Assembly: GCA_028534125.1 (NCBI GenBank)
Contig: CM052816.1
Coordinates: forward strand, 61,196,001-61,260,000
Direction: 5' to 3'
Length of the DNA: 64,000 bases
Source of the DNA: Lama glama
Lineage: Eukaryota
The position numbers and the translations under genes were made by a program. The notes under the pieces were generated by a model. That model was given only the letters and a program-made list of their open reading frames with translations, made no database searches and had not been told where the DNA came from. Within the stretch, counting starts at the first letter, position 1; every line of letters starts with the position of its first letter. Below are positions 41,661-56,234 of the stretch, in pieces.

Positions 41661-42699
41661 GTATATTTATATTTTAACAAGTTTACCCCCCAAATTCCAC
41701 TTAAGGTTATTTGTTTAATACTTTTCTTCCATTATCTATATGTCCAAAATACAAGTTCCATCTGAGAGAGTTTAACTTCCATGGAGTATTATATAAAGTC
41801 CTGATATCCAATTAGGGAAGATGACACAGGTTGGATAGAATGGCATATAATGGATATGCAGGCATTCTGAACGTTGCCAAAGGTTTTTCTTGTGAATGAA
41901 CTGCCACACTGGGGAATCAGAGTCAGGAGCAGTACTCAACAGTTACTGAGCCCTCCGCTTTGGGTACTTACAGCCCTTAACAAAGGAAAGCGTTTGGTAT
42001 TCAAGTTACTAGAGTTCCAGACAATAGCTTTTTCATTTGTGGGCCTTTTAATTTGGCTTAGGATCCAACTGTTTTATGAACAGAATGTTCTAAAGTTAAA
42101 TGCCTAAGAATAAGTCAACTTTAAAAGTAAACAGAGATTTGCATTTTTAGCCAAAATTGTTTGTTTTGATGTTCTTTAGTGGAATTAATGTCCAGAAAGA
42201 TCATTCCAGCTTTGTTTCTAAGTTTACAGAAAATGTAATTAAGTATGATCAAATGTGTTTATATCTCTCCTTATTCCCATTTTATTCCTGAGTTTTAAAG
42301 AAAAATGTGTGTCCTGCAACCTATGGTCTTCAGCTTTTCAGTCCTGCAATTTTCCCATTTACTGTCTTCAATTCCTTGCCTATCACTAATTCTTCCACAC
42401 TAGTACACCAAAATTGCTCTGGCAAATGTCATTTTCCTGCTTTCCTAGTACTTCTTCCACTTCTCTGACCATTTCTTCTCAGACTCCTTTGCTGGCTCCT
42501 CCTCCTGTAACCATTCAAAAAAGTTGGGTGTCTCGCAGGATTCCAGCCAGATCTCAAGCTGGAGCTCCAGATCCACAGACATCTCAAATTCAGCATGTGC
42601 AAAACTTGACCTTTCTCACAATTCCCAATCTCAGTTTACCACTCTTCATCTAGGCTAACTTAGAAACACATCACGAATATGAATGATGATTATCATCAT

Positions 42700-42940
42700 C
42701 AACCCTAATATATATTAAGAGTCTGTTCATGTGCCAGGTACGACATCAAGAGTTTATTACATGCCTTTCCTTATTCTATCCTCCCAACAAGCCAAGAGGC
42801 AGGTATTATTAACCCATTTTTACTGGGCACAGAGAAGTAAAGCAGTTTGCTCAAGGTCACGCAGCAGGGGCGGAGCTGGGATTTAAACCCAGGCCTGACT
42901 ACACAGCCCATATTCTTAACTACTGTGCTATACTCCCGTT
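42700..42940 (-). mobile_element. MIR SINE
   Basis: atgtgccaggta...cccaacaagcc...gctcaaggtcacgcagc...ggatttaaacccagg. Confidence 0.8.
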
Positions 42941-43290
42941 GCACCTGCATCCTAGAAAAGGAAAACATCAGGTTTCTTACCACTTGCAACTCCCTGATCT
43001 TTCATCCTGCTTGTAACGAGGAGAGAATAAGGTAGGCAGTTAAAGCATACACATTGACATCACTTATCTGATTTGTTACCCATTCTGCTCCCTGAAGGAC
43101 TGCTGCAAGGGTTGTGGAGGAGTGCCCCACTTCAGCTTTCATGCAGCTCTGAAAAACAGGCTGTGTAGGCATGGGCAGCTTTTAGTCACCCATTTCCAAA
43201 GAGTAAAACAACTCAAACTGGGACAACCTGATGGCTACCGTTTGTACCCAGGCCTCATTTTTTTCCAGACTCCTTTGATTAACTATTTTT

Positions 43291-43712
43291 TTTTAAATTG
43301 AAGCATAGTTGATTTACAATGTTGTGTTTTTGGTCTAAAGCACAGTGATTTAGTTATACATATATATATAATTATTCTTTTACAAGATAATGAATATAGT
43401 TCCCTGTGCTGTACAGTAGGACCTTGTTGTTTATCTATTTTACATATAGTAGAGTGTATCTGTTAATCCCAAACTCCTAGTTATCCCTCCCCTAGCTCTC
43501 CCCTTTGCTAACTTTATTTTCTATGTCTGTGAGTCTGTTTCTGTTTTGTAAATAAGCTCATTTGTATCATTTTTTAGATTCCACCTATAAGTGGTATCAT
43601 ATGATATTTGTCTTTCTCTGTCTGACTTACTTCACTTAGTGTGATAATTTCTAGGTCCATTCCATGTTGCTACAAATGGCACTGTTCCATTCTTTCTTTT
43701 TAATGGCTGAGA
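43291..43712 (-). mobile_element. 5'-truncated L1 3' end
   Basis: ttgaagcatagttgatttacaatgttgtg...tctgacttacttcacttag...taatggctgag. Near-perfect TSD tgattaactattttt (43276-43290) / tgactaactattctt (43713-43727). Confidence 0.88.
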
Positions 43713-46423
43713 TGACTAACTATTCTTAGGTAAGCAGTGAACCACTTTTGATAAGGCACTCCTAGAAGCTGCAAACACTTTCTTGAAGTACTCATGCAGA
43801 CAAATAATCTACATTTCTTTTAGATGAAGTTTAGCTGAGGCATTCTAAGAAATTTTCTATGCAACAATTGCTACTTCTTTATTCCCTGGTGATTTCTCAG
43901 ATAAGAGATATTGACTTGTTACTATCATCTATGATTATACCTAAATTGTAGATTATATTCCCCCCTAAAAAGGCTTGTTATAAAGGGATTTCTCATAAAG
44001 TAAAATGGTTGATTCAGTCATTCCTTCAGTAAATATTTGCTGAAGTTACAAAGACAAGACATAGTTATTGCCTTCTGGGAGCTTACAGACTTGTAAAGAA
44101 GAGACATAGAGATGGATGAGAATCCAGGCAGATTTTATACAAATAGAGCAAAGGGGAATTTAGAAAACAGAGCAAGTAACTACCTCAGGGAGGTTCTTAA
44201 ATTTCTCTCTCTTTACATACACACACAAACACACACACTTTAGAATTTGGTTCTTCTCTTTCTTTTATATCCTTTGTATAAAATACTTCATTATTATTAT
44301 TAGTTGTCAGTAAACAGCTAATAGAATTGATAGAGAATATCTTATTTTTATTTTATTTCAACTAATGTTTGTGGAAGGCCTTCTATGTATATTTCTGGAA
44401 ATGTTACTCACGTTAGCTACTTCTAAATTCTAAATCCTTCAGTTTAATATTTTACGGTTTATGTCAACTTTCTCTATATAATCTGTACTGAGAAATTTAA
44501 AAATTAATGATAATTCTGTGAAGAGTGTTTTGATCTTCTAAAAAAAAATCTGTTAGAAAAAGAATATGTTTATAAACTAAGCCCCTATATAGTACCTAGT
44601 ACTCGGTAAATATTTGTTGAATGAATTAAAAACTGTGTGAATACTGAATGCCGGCCATAGGTTAGTTGGAGGTACACTAGGAAGGCTGAGTGGTATGTTA
44701 TCCTAGGCCAGAGGGGAATGAAGAAGACAGCCTCCTTCTAATTCTACTAGAATGTAAGCTGTTTCAGAATGCAGATCAGGTCTTAGTCATCTTTTTATTT
44801 CTTGGCGAATGTGGAAGAATGTATCAGCACATAGCATGTGTTGTAAATGTTTAATCGAGTACAAGCAATGAAAAATCTAAATTAACCTGTCTTAGAATGA
44901 CTATTAAGTTCAGCCTCAGACACTAAGTAAATAAGCTGATAAAGCAATCAAGAGACAATTGCTAAGACAATAAAGTTGTTGAAGAAAAGTAATTAAAGTG
45001 AGGGATGTATCATAAAGATACTCTGAGTCATGGATAGATTATCTACAGGACATGCCAGTGTACTTAGAAAGCAAAGTACAATTTGACTGCTCTTGCTTCC
45101 ACCTGCTGGTATGGGAAAGTAATTTTTAGGATTGTTTCTAAACAACAGAAAATGTTCAGCAGCTCTGGAAAAAAAAAAAAGACTTTATGAAAAGATGGAA
45201 CTTTCAAAGTACTCCTGCCAAGGTAACGCAGGGTATCTCACATAAACAGCCATTCACATAAATGTACACCATGAACTCAGCTCCAAATATTTTGAGTTCA
45301 GAGCAGAACTACCCTAAACATGGAGATATTCTAGTGGCCTTTATTCTGAGAAGTCTCCAGCATCTGATAAAGTTAAAAGGATTACCCACTTTCATTGTGC
45401 CATCCATTTTTCTGTACTCAAAAATGTAGCATTTAAATTTGAAGACTAAAATGATCAGTGCAACAGTAATGGTCCAATCTTGGGCTTATATCATGAAAAC
45501 ATACTATTTTGGAAACAGTGCCACATACAATCTCAGTTGTGTACAACTTCCTCTATAGATAAGGCTTAAAGGTAGGACTAATTATATCATACAAAGGCTC
45601 CTCTAGGAATAAATGACTTACTTTCAACTCTTTTTTAAAATGTTAGTGATCCATTTTAAAAAAAGGCAATTTTATTTTAGATTTTGGAATGTAATGGAAA
45701 TAAGCTGTTTCCAAATTTCACTGTAAATAAATGAAAAGGACTATTCAAAGCCATCTTTTCCAACAAATAGGAATGAAAATTAAAAATGTTAGAAACTGCT
45801 TAAGGTCAAGTGAAGAACTATGTGACACTAGAAATATTTATAATATTTCTGCTGTAAAAAACAACTTTTAGAAAAGGCTCATATTACTAAGGTTATAAAG
45901 AATGAAATAGAAAATCTCAGGTTCTGAAAAATAAGAAGCAGAAGAAGATAGTAGTCTAATTGATTTTCTCCTAACTTTCTGTACAGGACAAGTAGTTTTA
46001 TAATTACAGTTTTTAAAACAAATTTATTATAAATGGACATGAAAAAAATGACTCTTCTTATTAAGTCATTTAACTGGATTAAGTAAAGCCACCAGAGACC
46101 ACAGAACATCTAAAATCAAGTGCTGTGTCACAAATGAAATCAAGGCTTCTTTAATAATTCATAAGTAAAGGGCCTACCACATACATGGAAAACCACAACT
46201 CAAAAAAAGACATTCTGCTTTTATTTTTCTCTAGGAGGATGAATAAATTGCTTCTGGCACATTTAATTGGTGTTTGGGGCATACTTTCTAGAATTGAAAT
46301 TCTTAGTAAATTATTCAGGAGAGACTTCTCTCCTCAGTACATTATTTAACACTCAGGCTTTTTTTTTTTTTTTTTTTTGGGTCATTGACATGTGGATATT
46401 TTGTTGAGTGAATGATGATGCCT

Positions 46424-46561
46424 GGGGGAGGGTATAGCCCAGCAGTAGAGTGCCTGCTTAGCATGCACGAGTTCCTTGGTTCAATCCCCAATACCTCTGT
46501 CAAAATAAATAAATAAAACTAATTACCTCCCTTCCCTAAAAAAATAAAAATTAAAAAAAAA
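46424..46561 (+). mobile_element. Camelid-type tRNA-derived SINE
   Basis: gggggagggtatagcccagcagtagag head. TSD aatgatgatgcct (46411-46423) / aatgatgacgcct (46562-46574). Confidence 0.9.
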
Positions 46562-47419
46562 AATGATGACGCCTAAATCCTCATCCTAGGCCTGGCTAAT
46601 ATCTCGTTTGCTTTTCTTTTTAAAGACTGGTTCAACCACAAATAGGTGTTTATTATTTTTACATGTGACAATGGTGCTGTGATTATGTATTTTTGGAAAA
46701 AGAATTTATCTCTTAGAACTATAGATGGAAATACTTACGATTATACTTATGATTCAAGTAATATAATGTTGGGCATATGTTTCAAAATAATTAGTGGATG
46801 GAGAGGTATATGAAAAGAGTCGTGAGCTGACAATTCTGAAGCTTGCTAATGGGGAGGTTCATTATACTAATTTCTTAACTTTTATTTATGATTGAAAATT
46901 TACATAATAAAAAGTAGAAAAAATAACTGTTCATGTGCTTAGCTCCAGTTGCTATTCTAAATTCAGATATGTGGTTTAAAAAACATACAAACTCAACATT
47001 AAGACAACACTCATGCTGACAAGCATATTAAAAGGGATCATAAGTGGAGCCAACCCCAAGGGGAAACTAGAGCACAAGTGAGAATAAAAATATTTAATCA
47101 AAAAATGAAGATTTCATAAATTCACAGTTGAAAGGGGTCTAAGAAACCAGCTAGTTCAAGTCCTATAATTTAGGATGAAACTCAGTGATGCTAAATCACA
47201 AATAATTAACTAAAGGCCTGTGCTTAAGCATTTAACTTTATTGCAAAGACAGTGAATGTTCTGCGATAAATGGATTATAAAAGAAGATTCAAAGTGATTC
47301 TGCTTTCTAGATTCTAAACCTTGAGGCTGACAACTTTAAGCACAGCTATCAAATACTTTAGCTAGTTATGAATAAGCCTCTAGCTGCTGTTTGGCCACTG
47401 CCAACCACCACCACAGCTA

Positions 47420-47630
47420 CCATCAATAATAACAGTTTGAGCCATTTACACAGCAGGTGTGGCTTTACATATACTAACAATACTGCGATATAGACTCTAT
47501 TACTATCTCTACTATCAGAAATGATGAAACTGAGGCACAGAGAGGTCAAATAACTTACCCAAGGTCACACAGCTAGAAGTGGTAACGCAGGCAGTCCAGC
47601 TCTGGAGTCAGTGCTATTAAGCACTATACT
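47420..47630 (-). mobile_element. MIR SINE
   Basis: gaaactgaggcacagagaggtcaaataacttacccaaggtcacacagctag. Confidence 0.85.
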
Positions 47631-48159
47631 GTATCACCAGTCACACTAATCACTGTGGCAGTTCTGCCGTTCTCTTCAAGTTGTCCACAGCTTTTAATCT
47701 AATACCTCATCAATGTCTGCTACTTTTCTTTATTCTCTCTTGTCCTTACTGAGAGACAGACAGAGACAAAATCACAAGGCGCAGCCTATATGGCTCTGTG
47801 AAGATCCTTGCTGTGTCCCAGTGCTCCCGCTGGTCTGGCACAGCAACCCCCAGAAGACAACTGTCATTAACTTATGTAAGGAGTGAGTAAATCCACAGAC
47901 TATGGTGAGAGAGGAAAACACCGATGCCTTGCATTTCTACAGTACATAAGCATACTTAGCAGATTTTACTTTAAGATGACAAAAATGATTTCAAATTCTT
48001 TGCCTACATATCAAAAGGCTAATCTTCCTCACCAATAAAAGATAAAAGACAGGTTTTCAAAACATTTCCTAACAAAGATGAAAGACCAGCCTTAAGTCCT
48101 TTAGATTTGCAAGTCACAGTGAAAGCAGGGAAAGCATCTACTTGAATATAAGGCAGAGT

Positions 48160-48380
48160 TGTTCACGCACTTATGAAGTGCTAATTATGTCCACGTACTG
48201 CACTAAGTGCTTTTATGCATTATCTCATTTAATTGGCAGTCTATAGATGAAGAAACTGAGGGATAGAGAGGTTGAGTTAATCATGCCAAAGTCACACAAC
48301 TAAGTTAAGTGGTAGATCCAGCATGTGAACAAGGCGATCTTAATCCAGAGTCTGAAATATCAGCTATTTACTAAGCTGCC
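48160..48380 (-). mobile_element. MIR SINE
   Basis: cattatctcatttaat...agatgaagaaactgagg...ccaaagtcacacaacta. Confidence 0.75.
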
Positions 48381-50065
48381 TCTTTCAACCTAAAAATGTT
48401 CTATTATTTTGTATCAGCCAAGCTGTTGCTTACCAACAGAATAATAGCATTTCAGAACTGGAGGTCATCTAGATTGAGAGTCCCTTCGATAGCAACCCAG
48501 TAAGACCTGGTGAGATGAAGGTGGGAGGAGAGGGAGAGGCTATGATGATGACCATGTTTCTGCTTTGTGTGGATGGCAGTGACAGCCAAAGGGTTCAGGA
48601 GGAAAAGCAGATTAGAATGTTTCTTTTTTCTTTTTTTGGTGGGGAGAGTGGGAGGGTTTGGGTGAACAGGAACTTTACATACATTCAATTTTAGACACAC
48701 TGAGTTCCTAAGGCCAGGAAGACATCCAAGGAGAGATGTATAGTAGGCATTTGGAATTCAGGAGAAAGTGAGCACAGGGCTAGTTGCTAAAGGGAAAAGA
48801 TGAATAAGGCTTCGAGGAGCTTACCGGCTAATATGGCAGAAAAACACATTAGAGTTAGTGGAGCAGATACTTACTGATTTTCTGTGTACCAAAGATAACA
48901 ACAATATAGTGGTGTAAATGCAACTACAGAGTTACATACAAGAAGCTGTAGTTGGACAGAGAAACAATACTCAGACTGGGGAGTCAGAGCAAGTTTCCTG
49001 GAGAGGGAGCATGAATAGGAATTACCTAGGAAAGGAGGCGGTGGGGTGTGTGGAGAGGTGTAAAGAGCAAGCCTGGGATAGAAGACAGGACTAGCAAAGG
49101 GCCATTTTCAATCACTGGCAGTGTATTCCAAGAATTACAACCAATTTGGAAGTTAGAAATGGAAATTAGAGAAGAGATATGGCTGGAGAGGATGACAAAC
49201 AAAATTCCGTGGGCTATTTATGTCATTCTGGTGACCTTAAACTTTGTATCGTAAGTCATGGGAAGCCCTGAGTGAGAGGGTAAGATCTATGTTTTAGCCA
49301 GGCACTCAGAGGGGAAGTGCGGAAAGTCAAATTTAGGAGGCAATGGAGATCCTTTAGGAGGCTTCAATAATTCAGATGAACAACTAGAATTAAAAGCGGT
49401 AGCTGAAGTGGGAGAGGGAACCATGGATTCAAGAAATGCCCAAGAAGTAAAACTGGCAGGACTTTATGAAAGATGGGATGCCGAAGTTTCTAATTTGTGT
49501 GAGATGGTGGTGGTACTACTACTGATAAACACAGCAATACTGAAACAAACAGAAAGTGCAAGAACAAGGTCAGGTTTGGAGAAACATTACTAGGTAAGTT
49601 TGGGCCATGTCGATTTTTCAGTGCCTGTGAGATATGCCAGGGTGTGGAAGTGTGGTGATCTGGCAACTGGATATATGAACCTGGAGGCAAGGAGAGGGCG
49701 GGCTCCAGGTAGGTGACACAGATACAGATGTCTTCAGGTGTGTACAATTCTTAGAATAAAGTGGGGCATCTAAGGACAGTATGTAGATAAGAACACCGGG
49801 GAAGTCTGGAACAGTAGGGAAAGGAAAAGAGCATGCTACGTGGGCTGAGGGAAGGTTTCAGACAGGAGGGTGTGTGGAACAGACTTCAGCATGTACGTAT
49901 GTCAGCTCAAGGAAAGGGGACAGAAAAGAGACCGAATAGACACTTGAGAAAAACCAAAGCTTGAGAGGCAAGTGTCAGGAAAAGGAAGCTTGAAAGAAAT
50001 TTGAGGAATGCTCATAATAGAGGAAAATTAGGAATTTATTTCTCTAGAAGTTGAGCAAATGTGTC

Positions 50066-50800
50066 TGTTGGTACAAATGTAAATTGGTGCAGCCACTATG
50101 GAGATCAGTACGGAGGTTCCTTAAAAAACTACAAATAGACTACCATATGATCCAGCAATCCCACTCCTGGTTATATATCCAGAGAAAACTCTAATTTGAA
50201 AAGATACATGCACCCCAGTGTTCATAGCAGCACTATGTTCAATAGCCAAGACATGGAAACAACCTAAATGTCCACTGAAAGATGACTGGATAAAGAAGTT
50301 GTGGTAGATACACACACACACACACACACATACATATACATTTCAGCCACAAAAAAGAATGAAAGAATGCCATTTGCAGCAACACGGATGGGCCTAGAGA
50401 TTATCACACTAAGTGAAGTAAGTCAGGCAGAGGAAGACAAATATCATAAGATACCACTTACATGTGAAATCCAAAATATGATATGAATGAACTTATTTAC
50501 AAAACAGAAACAGACTCACATGCATAAAAAACTTATGGTTACCAAAGGGGAAGGGGGTAGGGATAAGTTAGAGGAGTCTGGGATTAACATATATAAGATA
50601 GATAACCAACAAAGGCCTACTGTATAGCACAGGGAACTATCTTGCAACAATCTATTAAAAAAAAAAAAGAATCTGAAAAAGAAAAGATTTATATAAACAT
50701 GTGAAACTGAATCACTTTGCCATACACCTGAAACTAACTTAACATTATAAAGCAACTATACTTCAATAAAAAATTAAACTAAATTAGAAAAAAAAAAAAA
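50066..50800 (+). mobile_element. 5'-truncated L1 3' end with an internal (CA)n
   Basis: aaattggtgcagccactatgg...atgccatttgcagcaacacggatgg...caactatacttcaataaaa followed by poly(A). Confidence 0.9.
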
Positions 50801-51246
50801 GCATGTCTGGCCAACAGTGTAAATGTCACAAGGACACCAAGCAAAGTCAGGACTGAGAAGTATCCACTGCATCTGGCAACTAACACCCAAGGATTAAAGT
50901 GTCATCTGATCAGTGGCTCTTTCCTCCGTCGTTTTTTGGCAGCCACATCAAGCTGCTAATTCACACTGAACCGGAAAACAACTCAAGTTTCTAGTTTTTC
51001 CCACGTGCTGCTCTTCCAGCATCCTGTTCTCAGGCAGGTGATGTGTGTAGCTTAAATATGAGACTTCATATTTGATACTCCTAAGAATCTCCTCCTTAAT
51101 AGAATGGTGTTGCAGCGAGCTGAGAGCCTCTGGAACTTTAATTGTTTCCCCTTCACTTAGAGTCACCTAAAAATTTCATCAGTAGGTCACTTCTATCTTC
51201 CCCCAGTCACTGATAAAGCATTCGTGAGCTTCAGTATCCACAAATA

Positions 51247-51738
51247 CAGAGTGTCCTCCACCGATAATTGCTAAACCTAAGAATTTTCGGCTTTATAATG
51301 CAAAAGCTATATGCACCTTATAGAAGCCATACTTCAAATTGTTAATTTCATCTTTTCCTGGGCTAGTGATACCCGGGACGATCCCCTGCTATGATGCTGG
51401 GCGGCAGCAGCAAGCTACAGCTCCCAGTCAGCCAGGCGATCACGAGGGTGAACAAATGATACACTTACTATCACTCCATACCCACACAACTGTTCGGTTT
51501 TTTTACCTTCAGTACCATACTCAATAAATTACATGAGGAGTTCAACACTATTCTAAAATAGGCTTTGTGTCAGGTGACTTTGCCCCACTGTAGGCTAAGT
51601 GTTCTGAGAACACTTAAGGCAGGCTAGGTTTGGTTACGATGTTTGGTTAAGTTAGGTGTATTAAATGCATTTTGACTTATTTTCAACTTATGATGGGTTT
51701 ATCGTGGCATAAGCACACCATAAGTTAAAGAAGATCTG
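51247..51738. mobile_element. MER47/Tigger5-like DNA transposon derivative
   Basis: TA-flanked cag...ctg ends; ttaggtgtattaaatgcattttgactta...ttcaacttatgatgggtttatcg. Confidence 0.8.
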
Positions 51739-53507
51739 TACTCAGTTCTTAATTGTACAAGTCCTTAGGACTACATTTTTCTTCTACCTTGAATGGAAGG
51801 GAGGAAACTATGTCACTATGTACTTAACTTGGTATCAAGCGCCATGCTAGACGTTCTCACATACATTAGTTGCTGCAATCCCTACAAAAATTATGAGAGA
51901 TGGTTAATATTATCTCTATATTAGGTTTGAAGAAACTGGGACTTAGATTACACAAGCATTTGAAACTAGATCTGCCTCTAAAGCTATTCTAAGCTATATG
52001 GTTTGCACATCCTCTTTTCTTTTTTTTTTTTGTGTAAATCTTTACATACTGAGATTTGAGGGTTTTTTTTTTTTCAGGCTTTATTGAGGTATAATTCACA
52101 TATAAGATTACATGAGTTTAAGGTGTAGCATTTTCCTTCTTGGAGTCATTTCATTAATTTCTAGCATGTTTGCCTTGGACATTGAACTTACTCAGTGTGC
52201 TTATGTCTAAACTTGGGTAAATAGTCTGAAAATCCACTCCCCTGATCTTCACATGTCCAAAGCCTTCCATCCTGCAGTTACGACCTCACCCCTCCCTTTT
52301 ATCCTGAAAGTCATCTCTTGCACCCCGAGCTCCCGTATCAGTTTCTCTGTTACTCTCTGTGATAATTATCACCTCTAGCTTGTATTCTAATTACTTATGT
52401 ATGTACCTTATCACCCTAAGTAGCCTGTACTGCCTTGGCCTTTTAAGAAAAGTCAGAATAAGAAATATCCTTTATAAAGTCTACTTCTGCATTTATCAAG
52501 TAAGTGTTCTTGCGACTATTATTCATTGCATTTACTCAGTTTCCTCTATACAATGCATCTACATGATAAATTTATCTCACAAACAGTACCAGGAAAAACT
52601 TTGTTCCTGATCATTTTTAACAATATGTTTTCCCTTTGCCTTTATTGCTAGAAAGCTCACAGCAAAATTCTGAACCCAGTTAAAACGACTAGACTGACCC
52701 TAACGGTTTAAAAACTTTTTGCCTAATATACTTTTCTTTTTATTAACTGTAAGGTATATTTTTAAGTAAGCAATCAAACATTAGTTATGGTAAAGAGGGG
52801 AGTAAAAGTAAATTTGAACAAACAAATAATAGCAGCCTAGGTGCCTTGCAAACAGGGTCTGAGTTTGTTTTACATCCATCCTCGTGATATTTAGCACAGT
52901 CCCTGGCATATAGTAACTGCATTCAGTTAATATTTGTGGCATGACTGAATGAAGATTTACAAGTTACACATATGTTTCAGCCACATTCTACTACTACCAT
53001 TTCTGTAACTTCACAATTTTTCAAAGTCATTAAAAACATTTTTGATGAGCTGCTACACACCTTACTGAGCAGCCTTGGGTCTTTTTCGCCATTCCGAGAA
53101 CGTTTCCTTGTTTTCACTTCCCTTTAGCTACTTCGGTGCAGTTATGGGAGTACAGTTCTGATAGCACAGAGATGTGTTTTCAGGATATGAATTCATCATC
53201 GTGGCTTTTTTGGGTTCTTCTGGGTACTTTTTCTGCTGGGTAGGGCAGGCTGCATGTCATTACCTTCTTGGTGTGACTAACAAGTATTTCTGCTTTCCTT
53301 AGGATTATGCTCTGCGCGAAGTTATGTATTTTCCCAGTCTCAAATAACTCCCACATCATACTAGTCCAGAGAGTCTGGTTTCCCTGCCCTGAGCTGGCCC
53401 AAGGCCCACTCATGAGAAGTTCACCTTCTATTCTTTCTCAGCTTGGTTCCTTCTGACCCAGTAATTCAGAGCCTGACGCCTCCTCCAGTTTCTTCCGCAT
53501 CCAGGTT

Positions 53508-53608
53508 GTAATATATGAGATAATATATTATAATATATTAATATAACATATTAACATATAAGAGATAATATACATTATATTAATATATTAACATATATTA
53601 ACATATAG
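53508..53608. repeat. AT-rich low-complexity tract
   Basis: Repeating taatatat/taacatat units. Confidence 0.85.
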
Positions 53609-54339
53609 AGGATTCATTAATTAGACTGCTACTCTATAGATCTCCCAACTAGGTCTGTGGGGGTACCAAGTCACTATTTGAATGCTCCCAGTGATGACAA
53701 GGGAATATGACAAAGATCATGTCTTTTAATATATAGTTTCTCTTTTGCCTCGTATACCTTGTATATACACAAAATTCCTATAAATCTGTTGGTTAAGTTA
53801 GCTTCCTACTGCATATTACTCTACTCTGTAATTTTTATTACACAACTAGGTATAAATTAATACTTAAGACATAGTCATTTCCTCTGGCAACTTTTTTTTT
53901 TCACATAAAGAAATTCACAGTGAGCTATTTCATACAGGATTTGAAATATTTACTTTCTACTGAAAGTTATACCTGTCATTGTCAATATAAAAATGCCAAA
54001 TCTAGGCCTTACTCCTTAGACATCAGGAATGAATGCTGAATTTTCAGTTATTATCACAGATAACATCTTTTTATCCAGCCACTCAAAAAATACATTTGTT
54101 AAGTAACTACTCTAGGAACAACTCCATGCTAAGTGCTGAGGTACAGACATGAACAACCACCAAAAAATTGGCTCCTGATCTCAGAAAACTTGTGAACTAG
54201 TGAGGAAGACAAACACTATTAATAATAATATGTGTGCTATGAAAGTCCTTGTAGCTGTCAGAGGAATCAGATTTAGCAGGAGTTCAGTGCAGTGGCAGGC
54301 ACAGGCAAAATACACTATAAATATGCATTTCTGAATGGA

Positions 54340-55170
54340 AATCAAATGAAATGTATCTAGAATATATAAACAGTACTTAAATTCAATATGAAAAAAATAA
54401 ACAACCAAATAGGAAAATGGACAAAAGACACAAACAGGCATAAAATACAAATCGCAAATGAACATGAAAACATACTCAAACTCATCAGTAACAACGGTAA
54501 TGCATAGAAAAACCAAGATGTACCATTTTACAGCCATTGGATTGGTAAAAGATCTGACAACACCAGGAATTGCAAAGGACAGAGGATCAATGGCTACTCA
54601 TTAATGCTACACAGGGAAAGGGAGTAAATTAGGATCGCCACTTTGGAAAAGGACTGGACATCATTTGGTAAAGTTGAGAATGTATATAAATCCTACAAAC
54701 CCAGCAATTTTTCGTAGGTGTATACCCTTGAACATATATCAGGAGAGATTACAAGAATATTCACAGCAGTACTGCTTATAACAGCAAACAACTGGGAGCA
54801 ACCCAAATATTCATTGACAAGAAAATGGAGAATAAATTTTGGAATGGCCATACAGTGAAAGATCTTACAACCATAAAAATGAACCACAGCCATGTCAAAT
54901 TAGTTTCAGCATGTGAATCTAAACCATATATTGTTTTGGGAAACATACATTTGTGGTTACATTTTAAAGAAAAGCAAGAGGATGATAAATGTAAATTCAG
55001 GACACGGATTATCTCTGGGATGAAGAGGAGAGATATGGTTGGAAAGGGGCTCACAAGAGCCTTCAAAGATACTAGAAATATCATTTTGGATATATAGATA
55101 CCTTTGTTCTATTCTTTTAAATATATAGATATAAGACATTTTATGTACAATATTTTACAACAACTTTTAA
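54340..55170 (+). mobile_element. Old L1 (L1ME-like) 3' region
   Basis: aaacaaccaaataggaaaatggacaaaagac...tctgacaacacca...caacccaaatattcattgac. Confidence 0.75.
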
Positions 55171-56151
55171 GATGAATGACAGGTATTAGCCAGGCTGTGT
55201 AAAGACAGGGGAAGAGAAGAATGCTCCAAGTGAGGGATTAACATGTGTAAATTTAAGGCCAGGAGATGAGGATATGGACTCCGGCTGAAACCCTGAGTTC
55301 ATGGAGTGAGAGAAGCTGGGAGAGCTAAGTCAAGATCAGAATGTGTAGGGATTTATAAACCATGTGAACGAGTTTTGATTTTATCCTAAGATTAATGGCA
55401 ATCAAAAGAAGAATTTTAAACTGGAGTGTGACACATCACATTTGCATTTCATAAGGATCCCTGTTTTCATAAGGAAAGTGTACTAGGGGGAAGCAAAACT
55501 TGAGGCTGGGATTCATGATGAAGATTTAGATTATAGTGGTGGTACCACAAATAGAGAAAAGAGAAAGAATTTGAAGACTTGGCAGTTGATGGAAAAAGCA
55601 GAGAGAGGAAAAGGCCAGGAACAGCTTTGAGGCTTCTGACTCGGGTAAACAGTAACGTTCAGTGAGACAGAAAACAACGGCAAAAGAGCAGATTGTTAAG
55701 GGAAGGCTGTAAATTTAGTTTGGGATAAGGTGGCATTGAAATTGAAATTAAACAATAACATAACAGGTGCTCAATAAATATCTGTAAAATGAAAAAGTAT
55801 CTGAATATGAGTTCTCCAAAAAAAAATCTGTTCAGTTGGTAGCTGGAATCTAGTATCAGTCACCTACTTCATTTTTACATAAATAATTTGTGTTTCTCTG
55901 TTGTGCCTTGGAAGAAAAGAATTCCTGTGAAAACCATAAAGTTGTACATATGTAAAATCTTCAGTGTTAGAACAATAAGCTCTAACAATGTAGCCCTTAT
56001 TGTATAGATGTTACGCATTGTAGCAAGCAGGCTTCACCTGAAAGCTGTGATTATTTCAGTCACTACAATTCTGACTACGACATGAGGCAGAGAAAAAAAA
56101 TAGGTATCAAAGATACCAGCTAAATGTGGTTGGGAAATAAGAGGGTACCTG

Positions 56152-56234
56152 AATGCTATGTAGGAGGTGTAGATAATCTCAGAGTAGGTGAAATGCTATG
56201 TAGGAGGTGTAGATAATCTCAGAGTAGGTGAAAT
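56152..56234. repeat. Perfect tandem duplication of a 40-bp unit
   Basis: aatgctatgtaggaggtgtagataatctcagagtaggtga at 56152-56191 and 56192-56231. Confidence 0.95.
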
